Shown: positions 7,995 to 17,976, counted from the first letter of the stretch. The stretch is DNA of 47,732 nucleotides from Betaproteobacteria bacterium (GCA_028292225.1 JAQGMV010000443.1:1-47732); one strand, 5' to 3'. Notes: generated from the letters alone by a model not told the origin. Made by a program: numbers and translations.

Positions 7995-9721
7995 CAGAGC
8001 TCGCGCAGCCTGAACACCGCGGTAAGCGGCAGCCTTCCCGTCAAAGTCCACATGAGCACCGGGCGCGGCAGCACGTGGCCGAACTCGGCCGAGTACGTTC
8101 CGGTATCGATGTGCAGCCTGGTGCAAGCGTTCACCGGTGTCAGCGCCAGCCGCAAGCCCTCGGGACCGGCGAGAGCGCACGAGCCGTCCGCTGTCTGTTC
8201 GGCCGTGACCGAAGGATGCAGCGGAATGTACCCAGTTGCGGCGTGCGTTCCCGAACCTGTCACTTCGTCGCGCCAAGTCACTTCGCGCTCGGTCAGCTCG
8301 ATGGTCCTCGTATGAACAGGACGTCCGGGCAGACGGGTGTAGCCGTCATGGCTGCAGCGCATGACGCACGACTGTGCGGTTTCTCCGCAGTGGAGCGCAA
8401 AAGGACGTGCGCGGCGGGCAACACGGAATGCATGCCACACTTCGGATGAGCTTTCGCCGTCTATGACGACAGCGTTGTGCGCCGCTGTCGAGCGCTCCCA
8501 GTCGCGCTGGGGGCCGGACGCATAACACGACGTTCCCGAGTTCGTCACGATGCGCTGTCCGTGCCACGACAGCTCGAAAGACAGAGTGTCCGCGTGCGCG
8601 TGTGCCGGCAGGTATTCGGGGCCCAGCGGCGCGGCGTCGAACCATAGCGAGATCGGGCCGCGGCGCGCGGCGACGTAACCGGTTTCGCCCAGGACCTGCA
8701 TGCCTTCATTCACCTCGGGAGGGGGCGTAATCCCGAGCCTCGCGGCGTAATCGGCTAGCGCCTGGGGCTCGGCGCTGATTTGAAACGCCGCATCGTTGAA
8801 GAACGCGATATCTCCATCCGGATGACTCATGGCTGACAGCCATCCGAGCATCGCCGGAATACGCTGAATCCACGCATCCGACACCGCCGCAGACTGCACA
8901 CTGCCGGCGAAGACTTTCGGATATGCCCTTTCGAGATTGACCAGATCGAGGACGTCTTCGAGGATAAGCGCGTGATACATCGGGCTGCGCTCGAAATGAC
9001 CGCCGTCGGCAAGAATCTGCTCGGGGAGCTCGCGCATGAGGATTGCCAACCCCATTCGCCGCCACCGGTCTGCTTCAGCGCCCTCGAAAAATACGCCGGC
9101 GAATACCAGCGCCTTCGCGTTGACGAACAGATGATTGCCGAGGAGGTGCCACTCGAGCCGGCGGGAGAGAAAGCGCGACTGCACCGCGAGGCTGTGCAGC
9201 GCGTTGGCCGTAAGCACGTTACCGGCGAGCGCCCAGCGGATCCAGTTCACGATACGGCACGAGATCGGGTACGGCTCCCAGCCGACGCCCTGTCCCGGCG
9301 GGTTCTCGCCGATCCAGCGCTCGATCAACGCGCCGTGCCATTCTCGCCGCGCCAGCGCATCCGATGCGGCCAGGTCGTCGAAATAGTGTGCGTTGTACAG
9401 CCAGAGCTTAGGGCGTTGGGGCGCATTCCAGTCGTCGGGAGCCGAAATCTCGTGCTCGACGTTCAGGAAACGAAAGCGCGTCGGGGAAAGCTGGCGCTGC
9501 GGATGCACGGCGCCGCGTGTCCACTGCTCTGAGGCCGCACGCTGCCCGGGCGCCTTCGACAGGTCGGGCGTGGGTCGCGACAGCCGGAAGCGCAGGCGCC
9601 CCCATACCTGGATCGGCCGCAGATGGCGCAGGGTGTGGAAATAAAGCAGGCCGCGGCTGAGGGGTGATCGTGCGGTCTCACCTGCGCTGCTCAGCCCCCG
9701 GTGCGTCTTCAAACCCGACAC
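7994..9721 (-). CDS. Heparinase II/III-family protein
   Basis: LWLYNAHYFD, GWEPYPISCRIVNW, LEWHLLGNHLF, DGGHFERSPMYH, AHAHADTLSFELS and RSTAAHN motifs. Start uncertain (9757, 9721 or 9712). Confidence 0.88.
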   Translation of the reverse strand: MSGLKTHRGLSSAGETARSPLSRGLLYFHTLRHLRPIQVWGRLRFRLSRPTPDLSKAPGQRAASEQWTRGAVHPQRQLSPTRFRFLNVEHEISAPDDWNAPQRPKLWLYNAHYFDDLAASDALARREWHGALIERWIGENPPGQGVGWEPYPISCRIVNWIRWALAGNVLTANALHSLAVQSRFLSRRLEWHLLGNHLFVNAKALVFAGVFFEGAEADRWRRMGLAILMRELPEQILADGGHFERSPMYHALILEDVLDLVNLERAYPKVFAGSVQSAAVSDAWIQRIPAMLGWLSAMSHPDGDIAFFNDAAFQISAEPQALADYAARLGITPPPEVNEGMQVLGETGYVAARRGPISLWFDAAPLGPEYLPAHAHADTLSFELSWHGQRIVTNSGTSCYASGPQRDWERSTAAHNAVVIDGESSSEVWHAFRVARRARPFALHCGETAQSCVMRCSHDGYTRLPGRPVHTRTIELTEREVTWRDEVTGSGTHAATGYIPLHPSVTAEQTADGSCALAGPEGLRLALTPVNACTRLHIDTGTYSAEFGHVLPRPVLMWTLTGRLPLTAVFRLREL

Positions 9722-11583
9722 GTCTTGAGCCAGTGCTCGAGAACGAGCAAGGTCCACAACTGCAGGGAGTGGTCGGCCCGGTGCGCGAAAAACTCGTCGG
9801 TCATTCTGCGCACCGCCGCCTGGGAGACATATTCATAGAGGGCGGCATTATCGCAAAACATCGAGTCCAGAAGCGGCCTATTTTTCTGCAGCCAGTGCCA
9901 CACCGGCGGATTGAAACCGCGCTTCCTGCGTGTGATTATCGATTGCGGCAGCACGTCACGGTACGCTTCTTTCAGGATATGTTTCTGCTCGCCTCGGGCA
10001 ATTTTCCAGCGGGTCGGAATGCGCGCGGCCTCCTCAATCATCGCGCGGGCGACGAAGGGGACACGAAGCTCGAAACCGTTCGCCATGCTCATGCGGTCCG
10101 CACCCTCCATCAGGTTGTACGGCAGAAAGCTGTTGAGATCCGCGTACTGCGCGCTCGCCACCGCGTCGCCGCCCGAGGCTTCGAACCAGTCGCTAATGAA
10201 AGCAGTTCTCGCGTCTTCCGGAAGCGTCTGTCCGGGCGGCACCAGTGTCGCCATCACCGCGTCTATCGGAAAGACGGACGACCAGTCCTGAAACGCCGCG
10301 CCGAGCGGCTTCCTGAGCGAGGTGAAAAAGCGTCGCAGGCGCCTGACCCTGTGGTTGCCGGCTGGCGTCTCCGGCAGCGTTCGCAGAAATGCGACGACCG
10401 CAGTGCTCAGCGGTCCCAGCCAGCCGCGCAGGCGTCCTGCCCACATCAGCGCGTTGTGGCGCGGATAGCCCGCGAAGAGCTCATCCCCCCCGTCGCCCGC
10501 GAGCGCGACCGTGACGTGCTCGCGCACCGACGCGGTGAGCAAGTGCGTGAGCGCGACGGTGGGGTTGCCGAACGGCTCGTCGAACTGTCGGGTGATAAGA
10601 TCCACGTACTGACTGATGTCGCTGCCGTTGAGGTCTGGATACAGGACGGTATGCTTGACGCCGAGCGCATCGGCGACGAGATTCGCATACGGGGACTCGT
10701 CGTATTCGGGATTGTCGCGGTACCCGATCGAAAAAGTCCTGATCGCGCCGCCGCGCGCCGCCATTTCGGCGACGATCACGCTCGAATCGATGCCGCCGCT
10801 CAGGAACGCGCCTATCGGCACGTCGGAGATCATCCGGCGCTCGACGGCCTGCCCGAATACCGTGCGCAGGGACGCTACCGCGCCGGGAAAATCGACGCCT
10901 GCCGGCTCGGACGGTCGCGGCACCGCCCACCACTGCCGCACCGAAAGCGTGTCGCCCGCCTCGTCAAAGTCGAAGCAGTGGCCGGGCGGGAGCTTCAGAT
11001 AGTCTTCGTAGATGCTGAAGGGCGCAGGCACGTACGAGTACAGTAGATACTCGTAAACCGATGCCCGCCGCACGCACGGGGCCGTGTCCGCCAGTGCGGT
11101 CAGCACTTTCAGCTCCGAACCGAAAATCAGCTTTCCCTGGGTGCGCCGGTAGAACAGCGGCTTGATGCCGACGTGATCCCTCGCGCCGAAGGCCCGGCGG
11201 CGCTCGCAGTCCCAGATGACGAATGCGAACATGCCGTCGAGCCGGTCGAGCACATCCGGCCCCCAGCGGCGATATCCCTCGAGGATGACTTCGGTATCCG
11301 AGTGCGTGGCGAAGACCGCGCCGGCGCGCTCGAGCTCGTCGCGCAACTCGAGGAAGTTGAAGATCTCACCGTTGAAGACGATGACGTGGCGCCCGTCGGC
11401 GGAGCGCATCGGCTGGTCCGCAGCAGCGGACAGATCGATGATCGCGAGCCGGTTGTGCGCGAGCAGAGCGTGCTCGTCATGCCAGATCCCGAACGCATCG
11501 GGGCCGCGGTGACGCGTGAGCTGTCCCCACGCAGTCCAATCGCGCGCCGGGCGCGGCCCGACGATACCCATGATTCCGCACAT
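9709..11583 (-). CDS. asnB: Asparagine synthase (glutamine-hydrolysing)-like amidotransferase of polysaccharide loci
   Basis: N-terminal MCGI, HRGPD, RLAIIDL, FNGEIFN, SDTEVI, FLSGGIDSS, GDGGDELFAGY and DRMSMA..ELRVPF. Confidence 0.93.
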   Translation of the reverse strand: MCGIMGIVGPRPARDWTAWGQLTRHRGPDAFGIWHDEHALLAHNRLAIIDLSAAADQPMRSADGRHVIVFNGEIFNFLELRDELERAGAVFATHSDTEVILEGYRRWGPDVLDRLDGMFAFVIWDCERRRAFGARDHVGIKPLFYRRTQGKLIFGSELKVLTALADTAPCVRRASVYEYLLYSYVPAPFSIYEDYLKLPPGHCFDFDEAGDTLSVRQWWAVPRPSEPAGVDFPGAVASLRTVFGQAVERRMISDVPIGAFLSGGIDSSVIVAEMAARGGAIRTFSIGYRDNPEYDESPYANLVADALGVKHTVLYPDLNGSDISQYVDLITRQFDEPFGNPTVALTHLLTASVREHVTVALAGDGGDELFAGYPRHNALMWAGRLRGWLGPLSTAVVAFLRTLPETPAGNHRVRRLRRFFTSLRKPLGAAFQDWSSVFPIDAVMATLVPPGQTLPEDARTAFISDWFEASGGDAVASAQYADLNSFLPYNLMEGADRMSMANGFELRVPFVARAMIEEAARIPTRWKIARGEQKHILKEAYRDVLPQSIITRRKRGFNPPVWHWLQKNRPLLDSMFCDNAALYEYVSQAAVRRMTDEFFAHRADHSLQLWTLLVLEHWLKTCRV

Positions 11584-11630
11584 GGGTCAGCGGCTGCTAC
11601 GCGGGGGTGATTGTCGAATTCCGGCCGCGG

Positions 11631-12449
11631 TCACTTTACGGCCGTGATCAACATGTGGAGACCATTCGCGGGAAAGAAGCGCCTGATCAGCCTTCGCGGC
11701 CACACCTTGCGCGCGAAGTTCAGGAGCAGCCCGGTGTGCCGCTGCCCCGCTGCCGAAGTGAGCAAGTCCCCGTGCGTGAGCTCGGTGGAAATCTGCACTT
11801 CCGAGAACCACGCGAACAGCCGGCGAGCTTCGTCAACCGAGTAGGCTTTCGTGCCGGGACTCTCGAGGTGCTGAGCGTAGAGGGAGGCGAGTGGCTCAAA
11901 TGGCTTCAACGCAAGAAGGCCGTAGCGTATCCATAACATTAAGCCGACGAAGCTACGCTTGTGGTAGATCATGATTCGAGCAATACCCCCCGGTTTCAGC
12001 ACCCGGTGCACCTCCGCGACCGCGGCGGCCGTGTTCGGGCTGTGGTGCAGCACGCCATACGAATATACGACGTCGAACTGCGCGTCTCCGAACGGGAGCG
12101 TTTCGGCATCACCTATTCGCAGGTCTGACGTGAGGCCGCGGCGTTCGAGCCGCGCGCGAGTGTGTTCCACCGCGTTACGGGTAAGGTCTATGCCGCTGAG
12201 ATTTGCTCCGGCCGCTGCGAACCGCTCGTGGTCGGCGCCGAGCCCCACGCCGATTTCCAGTACCCGCAGGTCTCTCGTCGCCTCGAAATCCGCGAATGAT
12301 GAGATGTACGGCTCGAGCTCGTAGCGCGTACGTGCCTGGTGGTTATAGGCGTCGTCACCCGTGAGATACAGCTCCTCACCGCAAGCGGCTCTCTCCCAGA
12401 AGTCGTGCACACTTCTTTTTTCAGGCTGCGTGATCGATTGTTCTCGCAC
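11631..12449 (-). CDS. Class I SAM-dependent methyltransferase
   Basis: VLEIGVGLG, GIDL, GDAETLPF and FDVVYSYGVLHH..LKPGG motifs. Start uncertain (GTG 12449 or TTG 12482). Confidence 0.88.
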   Translation of the reverse strand: MREQSITQPEKRSVHDFWERAACGEELYLTGDDAYNHQARTRYELEPYISSFADFEATRDLRVLEIGVGLGADHERFAAAGANLSGIDLTRNAVEHTRARLERRGLTSDLRIGDAETLPFGDAQFDVVYSYGVLHHSPNTAAAVAEVHRVLKPGGIARIMIYHKRSFVGLMLWIRYGLLALKPFEPLASLYAQHLESPGTKAYSVDEARRLFAWFSEVQISTELTHGDLLTSAAGQRHTGLLLNFARKVWPRRLIRRFFPANGLHMLITAVK

Positions 12450-14280
12450 TCGAATCGTCCCGTTTAGCGGCGCGCCCGGCAATTCCGAGGAGGGCCATTA
12501 AGTTGTTCTTGATCTCGCCGGCGTCATGGACGATATCGTTGTTCTTCATCAGCTCTTGCCGAAAGACAGCGAACTCCCTCTCGAGCCACGCAGGCTCGTC
12601 GAGCGCACGTTCGAGGCCGTCGAGATTTCCCACCAGACCCGCGTAGTCCGCGTCCCCATAGATGAATTTTTCGGAAGCGGTAACGCCGCCAAAGTTCAGC
12701 AGCAGATAGGGCTTCGCAGAAAACAGGAGGTCGAGTACGACTCCGGATGGAAATGTGATCGCGTGAGTAAAGCTGGCGAATAGCTCCGTCTTCGACAAGT
12801 CGCCCTCGGCGACGATGCGCATGTCGCTGAACTGCCGATAACATTCTCGCGAGTCCCTGGGATGCAGCTTTATCAGAACATCGAGGTGCTTGGCGACTGC
12901 GATTTCGCGCAACGCGGCGAGCACGCGACGATTCAGATGAACGTCGTAATTGGCGAAGAAACACCAGACCCGGGGGCGGTCGGCCACCGCTACAGCCGCG
13001 GTATTGTCGACCGAATCAACGCACGCTTTGAAGGAGCCGACGTACGCGACACGGGAAGCATCGGCGCCCCACACCTCGGCGAAACGCGCTTGGTTCGTCC
13101 TGCTGTCGGTCAGAAACCAGTCGCCGAACACCGGGAATGGCAATACATGCGCGAACTGGTCGCACTGCATGACATGGACGCATTTGAGGCCGAGCTTTCT
13201 CGCAGTGAGTGCGTCGGCCAGACCATGCGGGGATTTCTGCTCAAAGGTCAGCAGCACGCGCCACGCGGGCTGCGGCATCGCAGAGACCTCCGCTTCCAGC
13301 GCTTCGGCGTAGACAACGAGGTCCGGAAGCATCACGAGGAGCTCGCGGATCGACTGCGTGATGTCGACCGCCACGCCTACGACTTCCAGAGTTTCCTTTT
13401 TCTTCGTCAATATCAGCGACGCGGCCTTCAGGTAAACACCCACCAGCCGGCGCAGTGACGGGCGCCGCAGCCGGACGGCGTGTACCGTTCCAGGCGCTGC
13501 GGCGGCAACCTGCATGCAAGCTTTCCAGTTCGCGCCTCTCGTAAAAAAGCTCTCCGCCGCCACCATGCTCGCACGCAAACCGGTCGAGCGCAGAAAAGGC
13601 GATATCACTTCACTTTGAGCCGGAGAGCGCGAGACCACCACGACGTCGGTTTCACTTTGCACTGGTGCGCCTGGCCCACGCTGCACGCGCTGCGAAGCCG
13701 GACGCAGTCCGGCGAGCGCCGCGAAAAAACGCACTGCGAACACCAGCCACACTCTCGAGAGTTCGAACCAGAGCACCGGCGATAGGCCGGTCACCCCGGA
13801 AAAGCGGTGAGTCGCATTCTTCTGCCCGCACACTTCAACGAGGTAAGGCAGGAATACGGCCTCGCGTGAATACAGCCGCACGCCCTGCAGCTCGTATTCC
13901 GACATGTAGTACGCCGAGGTCCTCCGCTGCAGGAGAAGCTTGCGCGGGAACACCACCTCGAATGCGCCTCCGCGCTCGCGCATCACAGCGATCGCCGAGT
14001 TGAGCGCGGCGATGTACCGCGCGAGAGGCATCGTCGTGCACTCGTAGTATGCGTTGGCGAATCCGGGCAGCAGCGAAAGTAAGTCGTTCTTCCGGGATGA
14101 AAGTTTCGCTGCGACCGCTTCGGTGAGTCGGCGCTGCTCGGAGGTGGAGAGCTCTGGAAAGTGAAGCCCCCCCTCTTTGCAACTGCCGGCCAGATCGCCC
14201 ACGATCAGATCGCGATCGCAAGCGACGGGCCACACCGATTCCGCGTCAGCCGCAGAAAAAATGATAAAAATCCGATTCAT
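12421..14280 (-). CDS. Uncharacterised 619-aa protein, probable GT-B fold glycosyltransferase (candidate nonulosonate transferase)
   Basis: Long ORF from ATG 14280. C-terminal IKLHPRD and ITFPSGVVLDLL..KP resemble the HP and Ser motifs of CMP-sugar-using GT-B enzymes. Function is inferred. Confidence 0.55.
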   Translation of the reverse strand: MNRIFIIFSAADAESVWPVACDRDLIVGDLAGSCKEGGLHFPELSTSEQRRLTEAVAAKLSSRKNDLLSLLPGFANAYYECTTMPLARYIAALNSAIAVMRERGGAFEVVFPRKLLLQRRTSAYYMSEYELQGVRLYSREAVFLPYLVEVCGQKNATHRFSGVTGLSPVLWFELSRVWLVFAVRFFAALAGLRPASQRVQRGPGAPVQSETDVVVVSRSPAQSEVISPFLRSTGLRASMVAAESFFTRGANWKACMQVAAAAPGTVHAVRLRRPSLRRLVGVYLKAASLILTKKKETLEVVGVAVDITQSIRELLVMLPDLVVYAEALEAEVSAMPQPAWRVLLTFEQKSPHGLADALTARKLGLKCVHVMQCDQFAHVLPFPVFGDWFLTDSRTNQARFAEVWGADASRVAYVGSFKACVDSVDNTAAVAVADRPRVWCFFANYDVHLNRRVLAALREIAVAKHLDVLIKLHPRDSRECYRQFSDMRIVAEGDLSKTELFASFTHAITFPSGVVLDLLFSAKPYLLLNFGGVTASEKFIYGDADYAGLVGNLDGLERALDEPAWLEREFAVFRQELMKNNDIVHDAGEIKNNLMALLGIAGRAAKRDDSSARTIDHAA

Positions 14281-14315
14281 GTCGCGCGTGGGTTGCCAAA
14301 GACTGCAATAGTACC

Positions 14316-15218
14316 TCAGGACGCGATTCCTGATTCCGGTGCGGCAGCGTCGGGCCACGCCTCATGAAACCTGCTCTCGTTCGTCCTTCCATCGGCGAGA
14401 AACCAATCACCGAAAACCGGAATGGGCAGTGCGTGCGCGAACTGGTCGCACTGCATGACCTGCACGCAGCTCAAGCCCAGGCGCCGCGCGATCGCCGTTC
14501 GAGTCCCGGTCGAACGTAAGAACGGCGCGAAGAATTCGGTTTGCGATTGCGCGCGCGTCACCACGATCAGGTCGACGTCTTGCAGCGACCTTGCCCCGGC
14601 GGTGGCCGCGGACGCGGCGCGCGACCTCGGCCTCCACGCCGTCAGGGCGAACGCGAAACGCAGGGCGAACACCGACCACACGCGCAGCGGGCTGAACAAC
14701 ATCACCGGCGAGATCCGCCGACGTGCGCGAGACCGATACGACGCCCGTTCCTGGTCGCAGACATCCAGCAGATATGGAAGAAAAGTTGCCTCCCTGTCAT
14801 ACAACCTTACCGAGCTGACGTGAAGCTCATACTCCGACATGTAGTAAGCAGAGCTCCGGACCGCCAGGCTCAGTTGCCGCGGGAAAACAACTTCGAACGG
14901 CTCGCCGGAGCCTTTCAAGCAGCGGATCGCCGCGCGCAGGGCACACACGTAGCGCGCGACAGGCATCACGGTGCATTCGTAAAATACGTTTGCGAAGCCT
15001 TGCAGTCCGGACAGGAACCGGTCCTGTTCGCCCGACAGACGCTGTGCTATGACGGAGCATGCGGCCGACTGCGCCGCCAGATCGAGCTCGGGAAAAAAAT
15101 AGCGGCCGGTCGCCGGCGGCGAGGCGATGTCTCCGATCACCCAATCGTCCCCGCTTATGCCGCTTGCGGCGGTGGCAATCAGGTCGCGCTCGGAAAAGAC
15201 GACGTGTATACGGCGCAC
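14316..15218 (-). pseudogene. Internally deleted and C-terminally truncated paralogue of 12421-14280
   Basis: Shares GFAN.YECT.MP.ARY, FEVVFPR, SAYYMSEYEL, FLPYL, PFLRSTG and VMQCDQFAH.LP.PVFGDWFL with the next gene. Lacks ~120 internal aa and ~210 C-terminal aa. Frame is still open, so it may be translated. Confidence 0.7.
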
Positions 15219-15300
15219 GGGCGTATCGCCGACCACTGCGTTCCCGCGCGCGGGGAAGAACGGATCAATCGGGGCTGCGTGGTGCCCCTGGACACCGGCC

Positions 15301-16272
15301 TCAGATAAAGCGCAAGGCATGGGAGCGCACTTGTCGAAAATCGTCGGTCTGAGCTATCCACGAATCAGGCTCTCGCACCGCACGAAGCTTTTTCAGCACT
15401 CGCTTTACCTTCGGCGGCACGATCGCCCTGAGTCTGCCCATCGGTCGGCGCTGCTCCAGGGTCTCGTATTCGGCGTACATGGCGAAGGCGTGCTCCCACA
15501 GCCCCTTCATCTCGCCGGCATTTGCTGCGCCCGCGTTGTAGGCAAAAGCTTCGGTGAACTCTTGGATCCACCTGGAATAGCGCTCGGGAAAATTCGCCTG
15601 GAACCGCACGAGGTCCTGCGTTTCCGGACACGGCGCGAAGGTGACAAGAGCATCCCGCGCCATGTAGAGCACATCCTGGAACATGAAATGTCTGCCGTAC
15701 CACGCGTCGGCGAACGCGAAAGAGAGCTCGTTCAGATTAAAGCTCTCCACCTGCGACGGGAAGGCGCGAAGAATCGCCAGCATGCGGTCGTTGCGTCGCA
15801 GCGAGTACATCGAATGCATGTAACTGCGCATCCACGTCGAGAGCCGCTCCGCCGGCGTGGCCGCGTCGATCGAAAAACTCTTTGCATGATCGTAGAGCCG
15901 GCCGAAACGCAGGCTGCCCCGACGGTTCTCGATCGAGATATAGCGACCCTGCGCGGACGCGCAACCCGGATCTTCCATCAGGAGGCGCGCGGCCCGAACC
16001 AACCCTCCCGGGCAAAGGTAATCGTCGTCAGGGCACAGTGTCACAATAGGGGCGCGGATTTGCTCGGCTGCGGTTTTCAGCCGCTGCGTCATCGACATCC
16101 CCGGATAATGACGGTACCAGTGCCGCCAGCGCGTGGCGTCCGGAAAGGGCTGGGCGGTGCCGTCCGCCACGACGACGTCCTGGATCCCGATGTGCTTAAG
16201 CCAGTCGAGCTGTCTCGCGAGCGTCCCGTGCCGATTGTACGTGGGAACGATAATGCCAATGTTTTCGATCAT
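15301..16272 (-). CDS. GT2-like glycosyltransferase (TIGR00180-like)
   Basis: IIVPTYNR, VVADG, LCPDDDY and AQGRY motifs; ATG 16272 overlaps the flippase stop (ATGA). Confidence 0.78.
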   Translation of the reverse strand: MIENIGIIVPTYNRHGTLARQLDWLKHIGIQDVVVADGTAQPFPDATRWRHWYRHYPGMSMTQRLKTAAEQIRAPIVTLCPDDDYLCPGGLVRAARLLMEDPGCASAQGRYISIENRRGSLRFGRLYDHAKSFSIDAATPAERLSTWMRSYMHSMYSLRRNDRMLAILRAFPSQVESFNLNELSFAFADAWYGRHFMFQDVLYMARDALVTFAPCPETQDLVRFQANFPERYSRWIQEFTEAFAYNAGAANAGEMKGLWEHAFAMYAEYETLEQRRPMGRLRAIVPPKVKRVLKKLRAVREPDSWIAQTDDFRQVRSHALRFI

Positions 16273-17780
16273 CTTGGCAAACTTTTTGCGGCCCTGAACA
16301 TCCAGTGCCGTAGTGATTGTCGCATCGACGGAAGGGCCAGCACTGCCGCGCCTACCAGAGCCGGCCAGACCAGCGCGAGCCACGCCACCGCGCCAGCTCT
16401 TCCGAGTTCCGGAGGCTCCAGCGCTTTCAGCAACAGCGCTGCAAGTGTGATGAACATGAGCGGGCGCAGCACATCGTCACGAAGCCAGACCCATTTCTGG
16501 GCATTGAGGTACCGACGGTGCAAAAACGCCGTCTGTAGCGAAACGTATATGACGTTCATCAGTATCCATGCGATCGCGGTTCCGATCATGCCCCCCGCTT
16601 TGGCGCCGATTATAATTGCCGGGATCACCACCAGCATGGACATCGCATTGAGCGTCACCGCGAGACGCGTCCAGCCGTATGCCGTCGCAAGCGACGCGGG
16701 AACATACATGAGCCCATTGAGCGTGTAGCCGATTGCGAGCAGGGAGGTGACGGCTGCTATCTGGGCTGCAAGCGAGGGGCTGCCTGACCACACCATCACA
16801 ACGGCATGCGAGAACAGGATCAGCAACATGGCCGCCGGAAGAACAGCAGCGGCGAGTGCCTGGCACGCCTGATGGTAGGTTCTAACGAGCGCCCCCTCGT
16901 CGTCGCCGGCGATGTCCTGGACCAGCCGCGGATACGCTGCCGTGACTATGGGACGCGCGAATATTGCGATGCCACTTGCAAGTGTCGCCGCCATCATGTA
17001 CTGACCGAAAGTCTCGAGGCTCAGCAGTTTGGACAGGACGAGCTTGTCGGTCTGCGCCATCGCGACGCCGAGCGAGTTCCCGAGGAACATGCCCGCCGCG
17101 AACCTCCAGATCGATTTGAGGCGATCAAGCCGGAACACGGTGGCGTCGCGCCCCGCGGGAAGCAGCCGCCTGAAGCGCAGCATCAGGACGACCGATTCAA
17201 CCACGGCGGTGGCGAATTGCCACTGGAAAAAAGCCCCGAGGTTTCCCCCGTAAACCGCCAGAATCAGAACGGCGCCCAGCGCCCGCACCGTCGCCATTGC
17301 CGAGGTGAACGCGTTGAGCCAGACCTGTTGCTGAAGGCCCTGAATCGCCGCTACGTACAATTGTCCCCACCAACGGGCCAGCAGCGCGAGTGCGAGCAGA
17401 CGCACGCTGTCGATCAGCATCTCGCGCGTGAGCACCACCGGATTGAGCCAGCTCGCCGCGAGCGCCGGAAGCACGAGCCACGCCACCAGCGCGAGCGCAG
17501 CCGCTATCGCACAATAAACGACTTCGACCGGAAGCATCAGTTCGCGGATACCGCTCGCAGTGTATTGCCCGGCGCTGTAGCGTGCCATTTCGCGGTTGAC
17601 CGCGGCGCAGATTCCCAGGTCGAGCAGATAGATCCAGACCTGGAGCGAGGCGAAAAAGCCGATCAGACCAATGGCCTCCATTCCGAGGTAGCTCGCATAT
17701 ACCGGCACGAAACCGATATTCATGAGCGTCGTCCACCCCTGCCCCAGGAAGTTGGCGACCACGTTCAGCTTGGTAGACAT
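16269..17780 (-). CDS. wzx: Wzx-type oligosaccharide flippase
   Basis: 503 aa with many TM segments; NVVANFLGQ, LLDLG, QTDKLVLSKLLSLETFGQY and AYPRL motifs. Confidence 0.88.
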   Translation of the reverse strand: MSTKLNVVANFLGQGWTTLMNIGFVPVYASYLGMEAIGLIGFFASLQVWIYLLDLGICAAVNREMARYSAGQYTASGIRELMLPVEVVYCAIAAALALVAWLVLPALAASWLNPVVLTREMLIDSVRLLALALLARWWGQLYVAAIQGLQQQVWLNAFTSAMATVRALGAVLILAVYGGNLGAFFQWQFATAVVESVVLMLRFRRLLPAGRDATVFRLDRLKSIWRFAAGMFLGNSLGVAMAQTDKLVLSKLLSLETFGQYMMAATLASGIAIFARPIVTAAYPRLVQDIAGDDEGALVRTYHQACQALAAAVLPAAMLLILFSHAVVMVWSGSPSLAAQIAAVTSLLAIGYTLNGLMYVPASLATAYGWTRLAVTLNAMSMLVVIPAIIIGAKAGGMIGTAIAWILMNVIYVSLQTAFLHRRYLNAQKWVWLRDDVLRPLMFITLAALLLKALEPPELGRAGAVAWLALVWPALVGAAVLALPSMRQSLRHWMFRAAKSLPR

Positions 17781-17976
17781 AGTGGTGCCTTGAAGAGCGG
17801 CTCGTTGGCGTGCGCGTCGCAGGGGGCGCTGCGCAGGCCGACCGAGGGACTACTGGCACCGACCATGCAATCTCTGTAGAGGCCCTACGCGGAAGCGCAA
17901 GAGGGAGCCAGCCGGCAAACCGCGAGCACCAGTGCGAGCGATTGCACGACGCCGACGATGATTCCCCCGTGCGCGC

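Noticed and set aside
9664-11046. Long + strand ORFs opposite real genes (also 15127-16728, 36577-38079, 40617-41933, 44730-45968)
   Set aside because: Antisense to well-supported genes, with Arg/Ala-rich low-information translations and no motifs.
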